The notes under the pieces were generated by a model, which was given only the letters and a program-made list of their open reading frames with translations, had not been told where the DNA came from and made no database searches. From NCBI GenBank assembly GCA_951406725.2, contig OX597817.1, positions 82,956,001 to 83,020,000 of the forward strand: DNA of 64,000 nt, read 5' to 3'. This document shows positions 27,466 to 42,035 of this stretch, in pieces (positions within the stretch are counted from its first letter, which is position 1; each line of letters opens with the position of its first letter). The DNA is from Octopus vulgaris (taxonomy: Eukaryota). Both the position numbers and the translations under genes were made by a program.

Positions 27466-29299
27466 TCTTCTATTAAAAAAGTGTACAGCTTATAAGGTAA
27501 CTTGAAGAATTTATTTTACAGTCGATTTAAAATAAAATTTAATAGAAACTTAAAATACATAGTAACAATATTATTAGGACTGTCATTTTATGTAGGGTAA
27601 CATGTGTGGCGGATGCAAACCAGAAATTTTCTCAATATCTCGTGACAGGTTTTCGTGACAAACGAATTTTACCCCTCCATGTAATATCAAGTATATTCAT
27701 AAATTAACCTAGTTAATACAATATCTATCAACCATGCTGTTATTGTTAACTACAGTCACAAGATATTAGTATGTCACCCAAATAAGGACAAATTCAATGA
27801 GTTGATAAACTGAAAATGCAATAGACTTTTCTGAAAATGCAGTAGACATTTCGTTGAGAAGTTGTAACATTTTTGTAATAGTTCGCTATCTTTCCATTTA
27901 CTATGGCTGCCATGTTAATCATCGTACAGCCCAGCGTCGATAGTAACAAAGAAAGGAGAGCGCAATAACTCAGAAACCACACACACGCACACATAAGTAT
28001 ACTCATACATGTATAGATACATACGTACGTACATGCATATATTCATAGGCACAATCATACATGGGTATATGTTTTCTTGTAATACTCGACTTTGGTATTC
28101 TTTTATTTATGAATATTTTGTATTTTCTTCTACAACCAGTTTGGATCAATAAACATCACGGAAACATTGAATAGAAGTTTAGGAACATTATTGTTCCAAA
28201 ATAATAGTAAAAGAGGAGCATATAAAAACACAAAATATCTAAAATAAAAAAAAAATTAAACTGAGGCACAGTTAGCTATTTATTTATTAGTTCCTCTTAT
28301 ATATATATATATATATATATATATCGGATGAATGTATATTCCTTCTTTAATTGAATTTTTTTCCTTAGATTTCTAATGTCTTTTCCTCATACTTTCGAAA
28401 TATTTTTGAAATTCGTATATGAATAAAAGCTTGTATAGAAGTAAACAGTATATGACTTACCTTATTAAACAAAGTTCAATAAATTTATTCATATTTATGA
28501 AATGAAGGAGATTGGATGTTAAAATGGATTTAAGATTTTATTTTCACATTCCTGTACAATTGTTTTTCACAAATGGAGCAAGTTATTCATAAGTAGAACA
28601 TTGTAATGGTTAAATTTGTATTCTTAAGCAGGTGATATTTAAAGGAAAATAAGAATGAACAAAAAGACGTTTAAAATATACATAGACATTTTTCTTAGTT
28701 ATCATTTTAGGGGATTTATATATTCATTCTTCCAGTCACGCTTATTTGAATCTAGATTTCCAGATTCTGTTGAGATGATTTGGAACCATAATACCTAATA
28801 AACTAACGGTATGTCTATTCTACTCCTCTCATGAGATTTTGCCTCACACAAGGATTTGATTATTGTAATTTTAATCTTTGGATAAAGTTGAAACAGATGT
28901 AAGGGAATATGTTGGATTTTTGCAGTTAATAAATTAAGTATATTAATGCTACGTCTCCATTTTCCGAATTTTATTTGAGTATTTATAAACCAAGATTTAT
29001 ACTTAGACTTATTATTTTATGAATATCACTATTCACAAAAATTACTAGGTAATGAGCCAGCAATTCATTGGATATGTTTATTTCTTAATGAGGCTATTTT
29101 AACCTCTAACTATATATATATACGTATATATCTTTATATCTTGAGTCTCATACTAGATGGTTGTCTAAGAACGGTGATAGCTTACTCAACTTAAAGGTGA
29201 AATGAGTTTTAGACATACGAATCATATTTTGTTCAAACCCAAATCGTCAAAATGAGCGAAAGTTTGCAATTATTTCAAGACAGTCACTTCCTTGCTCTT

Positions 29300-29620
29300 T
29301 GGGTAGTAACAAATATGACAGACAAATTGTGATCGTGCTGCGATTTATCGCCATGAGAGTTCCCTACAGACGTTATAACACAGTATGACAAAAATATCGT
29401 AAAAAGAAATATCAAGATGGATTCTTCAAACCGAGGGAAATGATAGGTGACCTAGGGGTAGACCAAAAGAGTGATCATTGATAATATCTGTAGTTTCAGC
29501 TAGACACGATTGGAATCCAGCCGGAAAGTGAACGAGGATGGTTCTGATAGCACCCAATGAAGGATGTTCTTGAGAACACAAATCCAAAGACTCTCCCGGA
29601 AATGGTGAGTGGAGACAATG
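29300..29620 (+). mobile_element. Degenerate RTE-like LINE 3' end
   Basis: Decayed 'P.G.R(P)RGRPK..(W).DNI' C-terminal signature near 29430-29490. Confidence 0.45.
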
Positions 29621-30243
29621 GCTGAATGAATCGTTAAATTCTATATTACTGAATCTACGACTTTGCTGAAATACATAAATTAAGTCATTGTGAAGAGTGA
29701 AGAAGTGAACGTTAAGACACAAAATTCTTGTACTGAGTTTAAAAATTTGGTGTGTTGAAATGATAGTTGTCATAAAACGGTATCTAACTTCCTGTATTTG
29801 GTTAGGGTCAGAGGCCTTGGGTGAAATGAGTATGCGACGATTTAACTCAGGCTTTTGTTTCTATAACAAAATTTGTTCAAACATTTTGTTTCATGCTTAG
29901 AACTTAGAAGAGAAAGAGATAGATAGATAGAAAGAGATTGAGAGAGAGAGAGAAAGAGAGGGTGAGGAAGAGAGGATGAGAGGTTATATGGATACCCAGG
30001 CCACGACGGTTTAGACAGAAACATTATGGAAAGAATGCACTAGGCAATATAACTATATTTTATAATAAACCACTAAAGTCAGAGTGAACGAATAACAATC
30101 ACTTTTAATTTTATATGTATCCGTGTGTATATTGTATATTTGTGTGTATATATAGTTCTATATATGTATATATACATGTATATATACATATATATGTGTA
30201 TGTATGTAAGTGTATGTATGTATGTTTGTATGTGTGCGTATTT

Positions 30244-30313
<70 letters not shown>

Positions 30314-30642
30314 TGCTGTACAGTGCAATATTGGAGATTTCTATGCGAAATACTTGAGAGGACTGTCGCAAAGATATTGAAGCAAAAATGTATGCATAGT
30401 TGACGTCATTCATTAAAATAACAGTCCAGTAAGAAATTGGATGTAGACAGCCTTTTCTTATCTGAATCATTCTGACATTTGATTTCGAGCAGAAAAAGTA
30501 CATATCATATATATTTATTTGCAATTACATTTGCTTTTAGAAAAACAGTAGGCAGAATCGAAAAGGAAGCCACTTATAAAACAGCTATGGAATTCTGAAC
30601 ATTTGATAATCAATGATAAGTAGCGCTATGAAAATAGCAAAC

Positions 30643-30682
<40 letters not shown>

Positions 30683-30730
30683 ATGTATGTATGTATAAAT
30701 AGGTATTATTCTTTAACAAGAATAATATTA

Positions 30731-31170
30731 ACGGTGACTTCGAAGTTTCGGCCAGCAAATCATCATCGACTGGGATGCATTAAATTAATATCTCTTCAGG
30801 GTCTTGGGGGCTCAGTTGAATGGTAATTAGCTTGAAGGGTAAGGTGTGAAATAGAGGTGTTGTGAAGAATTTTTATAGACTAAATTTCGGGTAATTGTTT
30901 TAGTTCAGAATTAATTCAAGCTTGTAGAACTTTGTAAAACGATAGGAATATTTAAGGTCGACAGCTTCAGGTTGTGAGAATGTTTTTCAGTTATCCACCA
31001 AAAGGAAGTAGGTATAGAGAAGAAGTTGATGTCATTAGTTTTAGTTATTTTCGGTTCTGAAAAGTGGGTTCAATGAAATGCAGACTTTACCTACTCAAAT
31101 TCCCGGACAAGAACGTCTTGCACCCTTCTTTCTAAGAAGTGGTCTCACCCGGTCACGAGTAGACTTCCAC
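30731..31170 (-). mobile_element. Probable decayed Penelope-like 3' end with hammerhead remnant
   Basis: Minus strand ends ...gATGATGA-tttgctggcc-GAAA-CTTCGAAG-TC; upstream has weak GIY-YIG-like translation (GET motif). Confidence 0.4.
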
Positions 31171-31217
31171 TGTATGTGTGTGTGTATTTGTGTATGTGTG
31201 TTTTATGGCGTGTCCAT

Positions 31218-33654
31218 TAGGGATACAACTTTTTTATTTCTTTTCCTCAAAAACAATTTTCTGTATCATATTTAGATAAGCTTTTATGCATAAGTAACTA
31301 TTGTGAACTCACTTTTGGGCCACCTTTAAAAAAAGTTCACCCATGAATCCATTTTTGTATTCTTATGCAAAATTTGTTTGAAAATGGGCAAGGTTGCATA
31401 GCACTCTTGGCTTTCAATAGATTCTCAGCATTTATAAGACTTCAGTGGTGATTAAGATTATATTGTTCAGTCATTATGCTTAGTCATGAAGCAAATAATT
31501 AAGTTCTTCTTTCACGTTAACTCTTGTTTTTTCGGTTTCAGTGTGAGCACTGCATGACTATTAGCGGTATGTCATTCAAAAGAAGCTTCGAAGTTGCTCA
31601 GAAGAACAAGGAGAAATGGAGGAAAAATTTGCTGCAATTCCATTCCCCTTCATCTAGGGGTTATGTACATGTAGAAGAAGCCTCACTGGCTAGCAGAAGC
31701 CGAATGCCTCTCAAGAAGTATATTTTTGGTCAGTACCAGTTTCTTGGGAAATCAATTAAAGTCTGAAAGGAGAGAGTGGCGGAATTATCAAGAGAGGTGA
31801 CACTACAGTGGAGGGATAAACTGAAATTTTCAATCATTTCCGAGCAAGCAATATAGTCCAAGCTCGAAAATGTGCTTCATTTGTATGACAAATTCGCCCA
31901 GAAAGGAAAATTTGAGCCATTAGAAGAAATGTTCGATATCACCAAAGTACACGGTGAATGGTTCAATACTGATGACAAAAAGCTGTACTCCATCCAATTC
32001 TAAAGCAAGTGCAAAGTGAGCTATTCGACAGGCAAAGCTGCAAGGAAGCACACTCCATGCTTTAAAGAAGATGCTCTGATGCTGAAGCCTGCCATTCTTT
32101 ATCAAACCCAACAACCCTGGTACTGACAGTGACTCTGAAGAAGAAGCGATTGAATACTACATTTATGGTGAAGGTGACAGAGTTGATCAAAATGATAGTG
32201 ATAGCGATGGCACTTATTCCTCCACAAGAAGGCACAACAAATCTGCAATTGGAACGAGACTTGTAATTGGAACAAATATCTCTAAAAACGTGTCAAAACT
32301 GCAAAACTCTTCAAACAGTTGTCAGAGGAGGGCATTGATATCCCAGTACCTAGTCAGCCAGACCTTTACAAGGCACTCTTCAAGAAAGCTGATGAAATGA
32401 AGAAACACTTGACTGATACGCTACGCAATCAGAAATGGAGCCTGCCTTTCGATGGTAAACATATTGACGGGAATGAATATTAAGCGGTTGTCATCAAGAA
32501 TGACACAAGTGAAATCAAGTTGGCTGCCCGGAAGTTGTATGATGACAAGGCTGAAACCATTGCAGAGGACTGAAAAACGTCTTAGACAAATTTCACTTGT
32601 TGGTCGCAATCTCAATGATTATTGCTGATGAGACTAATGTGAATACAGGACGAAAGTGTGCAGTAGTAGTTAGACCGAAGAAAATGTTCTTGCGCAAGTG
32701 CTACGACAAGACACAATTCATGTGTTGCCAACACCAATCCTGCGCATTGTTATAGACGAGGAGCTAGCAGGCGCAAGCAATTCGCTCAACATCGAATTTT
32801 TTTTTTGTCCAAAACTCATGACAAGTTATGAAGAACTCCAAAGCTCCTTCCATAAGGGAACTCATCTCACTGAAGATCAGGCTTGCTGAAGAGATATGAA
32901 ATTTCTGTTCCACTTAACACGTGCCTTCAGGTTCTTCCATGAAAACGGAGATCTACTTTTCATCAAGTTTCAAAAAATTCTGAACATCAGTAATGTCAGA
33001 TGGAATTCACGAGCAACCTTTGCACTTCTTGCATTTTTCCTTATGCAACATGTGAGAGAAAGATTACCAGCTCATCTCATATGCCTGGGTGGACCACTGG
33101 TTCAGTGACCAAATGTACAGTGCTGAAGATTATGCAAGAGCTATCGCTAGCCTCAGTACCCTACAAGACTGGTCTGAAGTGCTTCACAGATCACTGGAAA
33201 CAAGAGCCATCAAAACTAAACATCAGTAGAAGCAATCAATGCCATGAGAGGGGCAATTAAGGTCATGCAAGAACTATACACCACATGGAAGAACAAAGCC
33301 AGCCTGCCGTTACGCTTCATTCTCTTTAATGACTTGCTGCAACTTGACTATTGAACAATTTGACGTTATATGACTTAAGTTCTTTTTATTGTTCTGGAAT
33401 GCAGAATACGATTCTTTTAATAGTTATGGATTAATCATTTTGGATATTTCCCCTCTTTTGTTTATCACTAAACTAGGGTTCTAGTTTTTGGAAATTCATC
33501 CAAATGCAACCGAGTATAAAACATTCCAAAATTAGTCATGGGTTAACCTTTTTGATCAAATATAAGAAAACAAACATTGATTTCCATTGTCTTTCAGCAA
33601 AAGCTCATCAGAATATGATACAGGACTACAGAGTTGCAAAAAGTTGTATCCTTA
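31218..33654 (+). mobile_element. Decayed hAT-superfamily (hATm-like) DNA transposon
   Basis: 17-bp TIRs tagggatacaacttttt / aaaaagttgtatcctta (1 mismatch); eroded 8-bp TSD gtgtccat/gtgtttct; transposase motifs FDGKHIDG, IIADETNVNTG, DMKFLFHL, ISNVRWNSRA, RSNQCHER. Confidence 0.85.
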
Positions 33655-34103
33655 GTGTTTCTGTTTTTGGCAAACGTGTGCTTTTTGTGTTTTCCATACA
33701 GTATTGCGATTGTTTGTTTACTTATCTACGATACACTACGTATTTTCTTTTAATGTATTTTAATTAATGTGTTATAGAGTGCAGTACAGTACTGTATTTT
33801 TATTTATTAACTCATTAATGCTTAGGCATGAAAATGCTTATTCTACAACATAATTAATTAAAATCTAAAAAATATATATATACCTATCGGCTGCAAAAAC
33901 ACGCGATATATTGAGAAGTCCGCGATATCAGCTTAGATATATTACTCAGAAAAATCCACGATGTACTGAGAGCATGATAGGTGAACCCACAATATGGAGA
34001 GTGATTAGTATATATATATATATAGGGGAGTGGAGACAAACCAAGATAAACGGCAGTCAACCTATTTATTAGACTTTACATGTATCATTTAGATAATAAT
34101 AAT

Positions 34104-34316
34104 CCTTTCTACAATAGGCACAAGGCCTGAAATTTGGAGGAGAGAACTAGTCCATTACATCGACCCCAGTATTTCACTGGTATTTAATTTATGGACCCCG
34201 AAATGATGAAAGGCAAAGTCGACTTCACCAAGATTTGAACTCAAAGCGGACCGACAGGCGAAGTACCACTAAGCATTTGGTCCAGCGTGCTTATGATTCT
34301 GCCATCTCACCGCCTT
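34104..34316 (-). mobile_element. tRNA-derived SINE, family A
   Basis: Same core and tail as 22388-22592. Confidence 0.88.
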
Positions 34317-34402
34317 AATAAATAATAATATTATTAATTATAACAGCATTAATAATAATGATAATAATAATAATAATAATAGTAATAATAATAATAATAA
34401 TA

Positions 34403-34444
<42 letters not shown>

Positions 34445-34499
34445 GTTGTTGTTGCTGTTGTTGTTGTTGTCATTATTATTATTATTATTATTATTGTTA

Positions 34500-34534
<35 letters not shown>
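34317..34534. repeat. Self-complementary (TAA)n-(TTA/TTG)n microsatellite
   Basis: Polarity switch at ~34403. Confidence 0.95.
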
Positions 34535-34536
<2 letters not shown>

Positions 34537-35760
34537 ACTGGCTTCAAAGCTGAATGCCAGAGACATAAATTCGTCAATAAATACGCGCACAGTCTCAGTA
34601 GTTTGTTATGGCACTAAAATCCTGAAGTGGACAGGAGGAGATAATGGAGATGGACAGGAAGTCAAGAAAGCTCCTAAAGAGACATGGAGCTCATCGTTCA
34701 CATGCAGACACTGATCACCTATACTTGACATCAAGAGAGCAACTGTAGGAAATGGACTGATATGTATGGAAGACTGCATACGTATCGAACTCGAGAGCCT
34801 AATGAGATATCTAGCCTAAACTAAGGAAGCATTGCTAATGTCAGTTAGGAACGATGGAGTATTGAAAACAGAGAAAAAAACCAAAACCGAAGGAGGGGTG
34901 CAAAAAGGACACGAAGAAGAATTACGCAAAAAACGACTACACAATCAATTCCATGTCACCACAACAGAATTTGCTGGAAAAAATAGGTTGGATTAGCTGA
35001 AGGAAGGAACACTAAATAAAGAGAATGAGAGTACTATACTGGCAGTGCTAGACCAAGCTTTGGCTGCGAACTGGTGAGTCAACCTTTGGAATGAGCAAGT
35101 GTCTTCACTGTGCCGCAAATGTAATAGAGTGTATGAAACAGATGCCAATATCACAACCGAATGCCCTAGATTTGCCCAAAGCCACTGCAGGTTGTGGCTA
35201 CATGATCAAATAGCGAAAGTGCTACATTGAAAACTGTGCGTAAAGTGGAGGCTAGAGAGAGGCAAGACGTGGTATAAGTACAAACCGCAGAGAGTGGCGA
35301 AGTTGGAGACTAACAAAATCCTCTGGTATTTCCCAATCCAAACAGATGCTGGAGCATAACATACCGGACCTAGAGGTGGTTGACAAGATGCACCACAAAT
35401 GCTATATAGTTGATGTTGCATGCCCCTTTGACCCATAAATAGACAAGAAGGAAGGCGAGAAAATAGATAAATTCATCCCTCTTAAGTACAAAATAGCCCG
35501 GCTATGGAAAATGAAGGTGGCGAAGATAGTGCCAATTATTGTTGGATACTTGGGGACAGTATCAGAAGGCATCAAGAGTATATCAAGGAAATTGGAACAG
35601 AGTGCCTAGCAGAAATGAACAAAAGTTTTGCCTCCTTGGCACGGCCAGAATAATCAGGAAAGTATTAGATAGCCGAAAAGAACGGATAGCATGGTACCGT
35701 AGACTGCAGGTAGCAAGCCCACTACGCATGTAAGACTCCAGGAGTTCCAACAAAAGAGGA
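34535..35760 (+). mobile_element. Degenerate R4/Dong 3' fragment
   Basis: ILASKLNA..INTRTVSVVCYG..LKWT; CRKC..ET; KILWYFPIQTD..RPDL; LLGTARIIRKVLD; ends in (TAA)n. Confidence 0.88.
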
Positions 35761-35782
35761 ATAATAATAATAATTATTATTA

Positions 35783-36808
35783 TCTCTCTATATATAAACG
35801 GCAGTTTGCCTGTCTGTGTGTCTGTGTGTCTGTCAGGTTGTACCTTCACCCTGACCACAGCTTTCAACCGATTCTGATGAAACTTGACATACACATAGCC
35901 CATGTCATGATTCAAAACTAACGCATCGACATTTTTGAAAAGTTCCCCCAGTTCTGAAAAAAATTGATAAATTCGACATGGGGTCGAGAATCTAAGCTTT
36001 TTATATGCAACACATTTTCTGTTGTAGTTTTCGCAACTTGCAATCGATTTTCATCAAACTCATGGTGAAGCTTAATGTTACCCTAACAAACTTAATTTGA
36101 CGTTAGTTTTCCATGCAATACCTTACCATCAGAAAAAATCGATAAAGTCATGCCATTTTGGGAAATCGCGTTCAAATTCAAGATGACATATTTTCGACAA
36201 TATCTTTCACAAATTGGCAGGAATTTTTAAAAAAATTCACAGCGAGCACCATGTCTGCTCCAAGGAGCTATATGGCCCTTTTTATTCCGAAAGGATACTT
36301 TATTACTGGAAAAAATCGTTTAATTAAATCATATGTGGCACACATAGCAAACCGATTTGTGTATTAAACACAAACCACAGACTGTCTAGGGGACGCAACT
36401 CGACCTTTTTAACTCTCGGAACACGTGGGGTAAGTATCCCAAAATGTGTAAAAACGTACAAAAACGGCAAAAAGCGGGCAGCAATGTGAGTGACAACAAC
36501 GAAAAGTCAAAAGTGACCAAACAGAACAAACGAATGGAAAAGGTTTTTTGGTGCACACGACAAAAGCGGTTTATAATAAACAGCTATTAACAGAAGTTGG
36601 GGGTAAAGTCTCGAATGTAATTTCTTCCTGGTAGGAATTGGTTGGGTTGAATTATCGATAGCTGTTTGATAGTTATTTGGGAGTGAAGAGAAGGCATTGC
36701 AACCTACACATGCACCTTCGTTCCCTAGAGGGAAAGGACTAGATTGGGATTAGTCGTTGCCTACTAGGGGCTCTTACATACCCGGGCAACGCCGAGCTAT
36801 GCTGCTAG
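35783..36808 (+). mobile_element. Non-autonomous Helitron
   Basis: 5' TC (tctctctatatataaa) preceded by A; subterminal hairpin cccgggcaacgccgag; 3' CTAG followed by T; no TSD. Confidence 0.85.
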
Positions 36809-37431
36809 TTATATATATATGAATAAATGCATGTACATTGATTTGTATGCAGATATTTGCGCGTGTTAAATGCTTAACAGGATATTCTAATTGAAATAAA
36901 ACACTATAACTGGATGAAGAGAAAGATAATTTAAAATGTAATTAATCTCTCCAACGGTCTATGTTCACCAATCTGAGCAAATAATAAGCAGTATTGTAAG
37001 TAAAGTTAATACTACGTGGAAAATAGAAGGAAAAAACAGTAGAATGGGTAAGTTAATGATAATAGCTGATTCAAGAGAAAATTATCTCTATTATGATTAT
37101 AATCACGCCAGAGGCTTGTGTTAGCTTGAAGCGACATCACGTTATCGTTGTTTTAGAATTTAACTGAAAGTTCCTGATAAAGTTCGATAAAAGTAATAGT
37201 ATATAATATTCATAATTGTATTTATTTGTCTAACAGTCATAGAGAAATTACAAGTGGAATGTAATTACAAATCACTACTAAATTGTGTACTCGGGTGATC
37301 ATTAACACGAACGGTGATTAGATTTACATTACAATACAATCTAATGAAGTTAGTATAAACACTAGAATTTAAAGACAATGGTGCGCATTTGGTCGAGCCA
37401 ATGCCAAGAGTGAAGTTTGTTGGTATATATA

Positions 37432-37662
37432 TTTCTTTACTACAGACAAGGGGCTAAACATAGAGGGGACAAACAAGGACAGACAAAGGGATTAAGTCAA
37501 TTACATCGATCCCAGTGCGAAACTGATGCTTTATTTATCGACCTCGAAAGGATGAAAGGCAACGTCGACCTCGGCGGAATTTGAACTCAGAACGTAATGG
37601 CAGACGAAATACGGCTACGCATTTCTCCCGGCCTGCTAACGATTCTGCCAGCTCGCCGCCTT
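37432..37662 (-). mobile_element. tRNA-derived SINE, family A head with alternative tail
   Basis: Minus ggcggcgagcTGGCAGAATCG...GAGTTCAAATTCC; tail differs from other copies. Confidence 0.9.
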
Positions 37663-37784
37663 AACAACAACAATAATAACAGACCATCTTTCAACCTTTA
37701 ACAGAAACAGTATCTTGAAGTAAGTAATATATATATACCTGCATACAAGCACACATATGTTTGTATAATAGATATTTATATCTA

Positions 37785-37827
<43 letters not shown>

Positions 37828-37994
37828 CACATATCTTTCATATGTACATATATGTGTACATTTGTATTTGTATACATGTATGCATATATTAAATATATAC
37901 ATATATACGTATGTATTTTGATATATATCTATACGCACACACATTATATATATGAGTGTGTGTGTGCGTATATACACATACACTTTATATTTCA

Positions 37995-39150
37995 GACAAT
38001 TGGCAAATGATAAATAAACTGATCTATTAAAACGTTGGTTTCTAAGGGACAACTTACAGCTGTTTGTAATTGAGGCAATTTCAGCGAGCAAATCATAATT
38101 TTTCGAAAATATACGCGCAAAGAAAAACACACTAGTTTGGCCTCTGGACATGAACCATTTGAAAGAAATTATGACCAGAATTAGTGACCCATATTCTCTG
38201 AGGAAGTCTCTACAAATAACTTCTATTCTCCCAAGGAAAGTTTTGTGAACTCTCATTCTAAACTTAATTAGTTCATTTTCTCTGGAGGACTGCATTAAGA
38301 GAAAATATAACAATTTTGATGAGAAGGAAATACCCTAAATACATAAGATTTGTATTTGAAAAGATTCTCAGAAGAACTTTAGAGAATTTTAAGTTTCCAT
38401 TCGTTTATTTGGTCATTTCTCTGAGATGTGCTTTTCAGTTGTAATTGAGTTTATCATAAGATGTTAATATCAGTTCTTTGTTTAAGAATCAAATCATACT
38501 GATGTTGATTCGATTATCTGTTTAATGATAGAATATAACTGTAACGCAAGCATAGATCGTTGAACAACGAAAGCCTAATCTCTGTTGACATCATTTCACC
38601 TTATTAAATAATTTCTGCTGAAATAATTTAATGTTATTCATTTGTCCTGAGAAAATAATGAACCTCACTGCTTCTCACTTTTTTAAAAGACTGAATTCGA
38701 ATACAAATGCTCTAGTAGAACAGTCAACTATCTTTTGCGTATGCATGATGTCGCATTGTACACAGCAGGTGATAAACAATTAGACGGTATATATATTTAC
38801 CAGAGAAATATATATAAGTTTCGGATTAGAAAATCAAAAGATTAATTAAGAATAAAGTTTACTTAAGGACAATACTATCTTTATAGATAAAGAAATTGAG
38901 ATAAGAGAATTGTCGCAGGCACAGACGTTCGATTACTTAAATGGCAAAGAAGTACACTGCGTACAAGACACATAAATCAAAGAAAAGATTAAGTAGGATT
39001 ATTATAGATGCGTTAGATTAATAGTTAAAACAGAGCTAATACAAATAAAGTAGATGATAGTCATCAATATACTCTTTTCCTCTCAACCAATAAATAATTG
39101 TTATATTCTTAACTAGAAGCTAAATGAATTAGCAAGGGCTTTCAGAAAAG
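37995..39150 (+). mobile_element. Ancient R4/Dong RT remnant
   Basis: Plus frames give LQLFVIEAI..ENIRAKK (~DQLLINKAI), SDPYSLRKSLQI (~SVPHSWI.KSL), IRELSQAQTFDYL..IKEKIK*DYYRCVRLIVKTEL. Confidence 0.65.
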
Positions 39151-39313
39151 AAATTAAATATATAAATATAAAACATTTTTTAAATATACAACCTGATTAA
39201 ACTACCATGATTATCTGTAAGGTGAATACAGAAAGTTTGGATTATTATGCATCTAGAAATATTCACTGCAAGACTTCACAAATATCAAAAAATAAATCAT
39301 GGTAAGACCTAGA

Positions 39314-39661
39314 CACGGGATTCTCAACCAATTTTCATCTATGGACCCCTTTCATTACTATTTTATTCTGGTGGAGCTCCATAGCCATTCGATGTTTAAA
39401 ACTTGTTTTATAGAAACTTCTTTCAAAATTCTTATCTTGCTTTTTGCACATTAACTTGTGTAGGTTGAACTATGTAAAATGTTAGAGAAAGAAACCTAGA
39501 TGGTTCTTGCAATACACACCAATATATACAGCTAAAGCAAACTTTTTCCAGGGGCCCTTAAAATACTATAGTGGATACCCAATTTACTATTTCGCTGTGT
39601 AACCCCCCAAAATCTTATATGGACATTTAGGAGCCATATTAACCCCGGTTGTGAACCACTG
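39314..39661. mobile_element. hAT-type MITE
   Basis: TIR-like ends cacgggattctcaacc / ggttgtgaaccactg; TSD not recognisable. Confidence 0.65.
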
Positions 39662-39689
39662 ATTGAAACGAATAATTACAAAACAGAAA

Positions 39690-40055
39690 ACACCAACAGT
39701 TTTCTGTTTACAAGAAAACTAAATAGTAAAAAAAATAGAGATTAGGTTTAGGGTTAGGGGTGGGGAAAGGGTATCTTTTTTCTTCACAAATGTAAATAAA
39801 CCCAGTCTGTTTCTTAAAGGAGGGACATATTCATACAGCACGGAATGTTGTTTACCTAAATGGACTCTAGCGATTGGTTAAAATTGCCGAAATGCTCGAA
39901 ATTTCAGACGAAATATGTTACAACCTATAGAATTTTCTCAATAAAGCCAAGAAAAAATGATGTTTTATAAACACATTCTACCAGTATATGAAGTTTAAAA
40001 GTGTTTAGTTAACTAGAAATTGTGTTGAAAAGTGCCGTTCAAAAGGAAAAGATCC
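39690..40055. mobile_element. MITE-like repeat with a TTAGGG-like patch
   Basis: Right end aaagtgccgttcaaaaggaaaagatcc; left end eroded; internal ttaggtttagggttagggg. Confidence 0.4.
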
Positions 40056-40634
40056 CCTTTTTTTTCGATGCGCTAATAACTATGTCAATCCACACCCTTG
40101 AAGTGCTTCTAACTTAGATATAAGGCACCGGCAGTGTTAAGAGGTGAGAGGCTTGTTGATCACTTGGGCCTCTGTATTTGAATATTACTGTGTTTTATTG
40201 TCTTTAAACGGATAAAATTCAAAGTTAACTGCGATGGTACTTGAATTCAGCACGTAAAACTCTGCAATAAATACCACAATGCATTTTACCCAGCCCCCGA
40301 AATTCCTGTCAACTCACTGCCTTTAATAAAATTGTTAAGATAGGTACAAGCCTAGCTGTTTTGACGGGTGGGATTATTATTCGAGGTCCTCAACCGTGGT
40401 AGTTGCCTGATGCTTTATTTGGTACAAAAATAAATTAAAATATACGAACATCAGGCAAGAAAAAATCCCAAAAAAACAACAACGTGCATTAGGTTGACGC
40501 ACAGGTGCATTAGGTTACACATTTAAAAAATAAAAAGTTTAGATACAGGCACAATGATAGCTAATTTGATGTTTTGAGGTATCAACCCAAGTATTTGAAA
40601 ATTACTCTATTTTATCGGCTGCACGAGACGTTAC

Positions 40635-40880
40635 CATGCTGGATAAAATTGCTAGCAGCTTTTTATCCGTCTTACGTTCTGAGTTCAAATTCTGCCTAGG
40701 TCGACTTTGCATTTTAGCTTTCCGGATCGATAAAATAAGTATCAGTTAAGCAAGTGATTCGACGTTACTGCCTACCCACAAATTACAAGCCTTCTGCCAA
40801 TAGCAGAACGAACGGTTTTATTGACTCTAAATGGATGAAAGGCAAAGCTGACATCGGTGGGATTTGAAATTAGAACTGTA
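40635..40880. mobile_element. Family-A SINE (+) followed by a partial inverted copy (-)
   Basis: cttacgttctGAGTTCAAATTCtgcctaggtcgactttgc on +; ggatgaaaggcaaagctgac at ~40830-40850. Confidence 0.75.
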
Positions 40881-41975
40881 AATATAGCTAAATAATATAA
40901 TATATATTTTATATGTCGTTTCAAATTCCACCCCCTCTAAGAATCTTATTGATGCATTAAATGGCATTTTGCATAATTACCCTTTCGCTTACATTTTTAT
41001 AACTTATCAATTCACTCTTTACAAAAAACCGGCCAATATTTATTCTTTATACGGGGATGTGGCAGATGGTTTGCCATTTTGTATAAGATAAAATATATAA
41101 TAAAAACTTTGTGAACGGATGTAATATTATTTTCCAAGCCTAAAAATCTGAGATTATTTGCTTTTAATAAAACTCTAGAATGAGATATCTGTCTGCTTGA
41201 TGTGTCACATGTTTATTTTCAGTATATAAATGCAGTATCAGTCATCTTCGTAGAGTGGAAGTAAATAGGAAATATTGATCCGCGAGCGTCACAAGGTTAT
41301 ATTTAACTATCGTTAATTAGAATTTCTTGTCCGAATATTATTATTTGTGTGAAAATGTTGTGTCTGACTTTCACTTACCGTGCTGATAAAGCTGTTATAA
41401 TAATAAACTTGAATAAAAACAAAAAAGAAAAGTAACTTCCCAACGTACAATGTGGCGTGCTTCATATTCTGACTCGTGGATTATTGAAGATATTTTCAAA
41501 CTATCATTTTGCTACCGTGTTAGAGTTTTTGCTGAAATGATGGGGGAAAAAATCAGCAAGTGAATTACGTAGTTCGAGCGGTTAAGAGTCTTAAACATTA
41601 TTCAGCAGATCATTATTGTATTGATTTTCATTGGTTGTGGATAAATAACATCCTGTTGTTGATGGGTAAGTCTTTTATACTAAGGATTATTGGTATATAC
41701 TATTGTTGGACCTGTCTGGAATGCACGGGATTTCAGTTAATATATTTCAAACTTAAAGTGTTTGCACAAACGACGAAACTAAAGAAGATAAGCTGAGCTC
41801 AGTGGTAGAAGAAATCTTTACAATGATAGTTGTGTTGACCTAAGAGACAAGACAATATGTAGACGGTCCATCAATCTGAGTTAACAGCTGAATGTAAATA
41901 TAAGTAGCGGAGCAATTTAAACAAATCAAGACGGAAAACATGTGCGCATGTCAGCTGATGATACAAATACACCGA

Positions 41976-42035
<60 letters not shown>

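Noticed and set aside
37995-38400. Possible endogenous mononegavirus L fragment (RWFLR...SDPYSL...YPK)
   Set aside because: The same frames fit R4/Dong RT motifs in the right order and continue into clearer Dong sequence at 38860-39150; a decayed retrotransposon is more parsimonious.
39741-39760. Interstitial telomere
   Set aside because: Only about three imperfect TTAGGG-like units within a MITE-like repeat.
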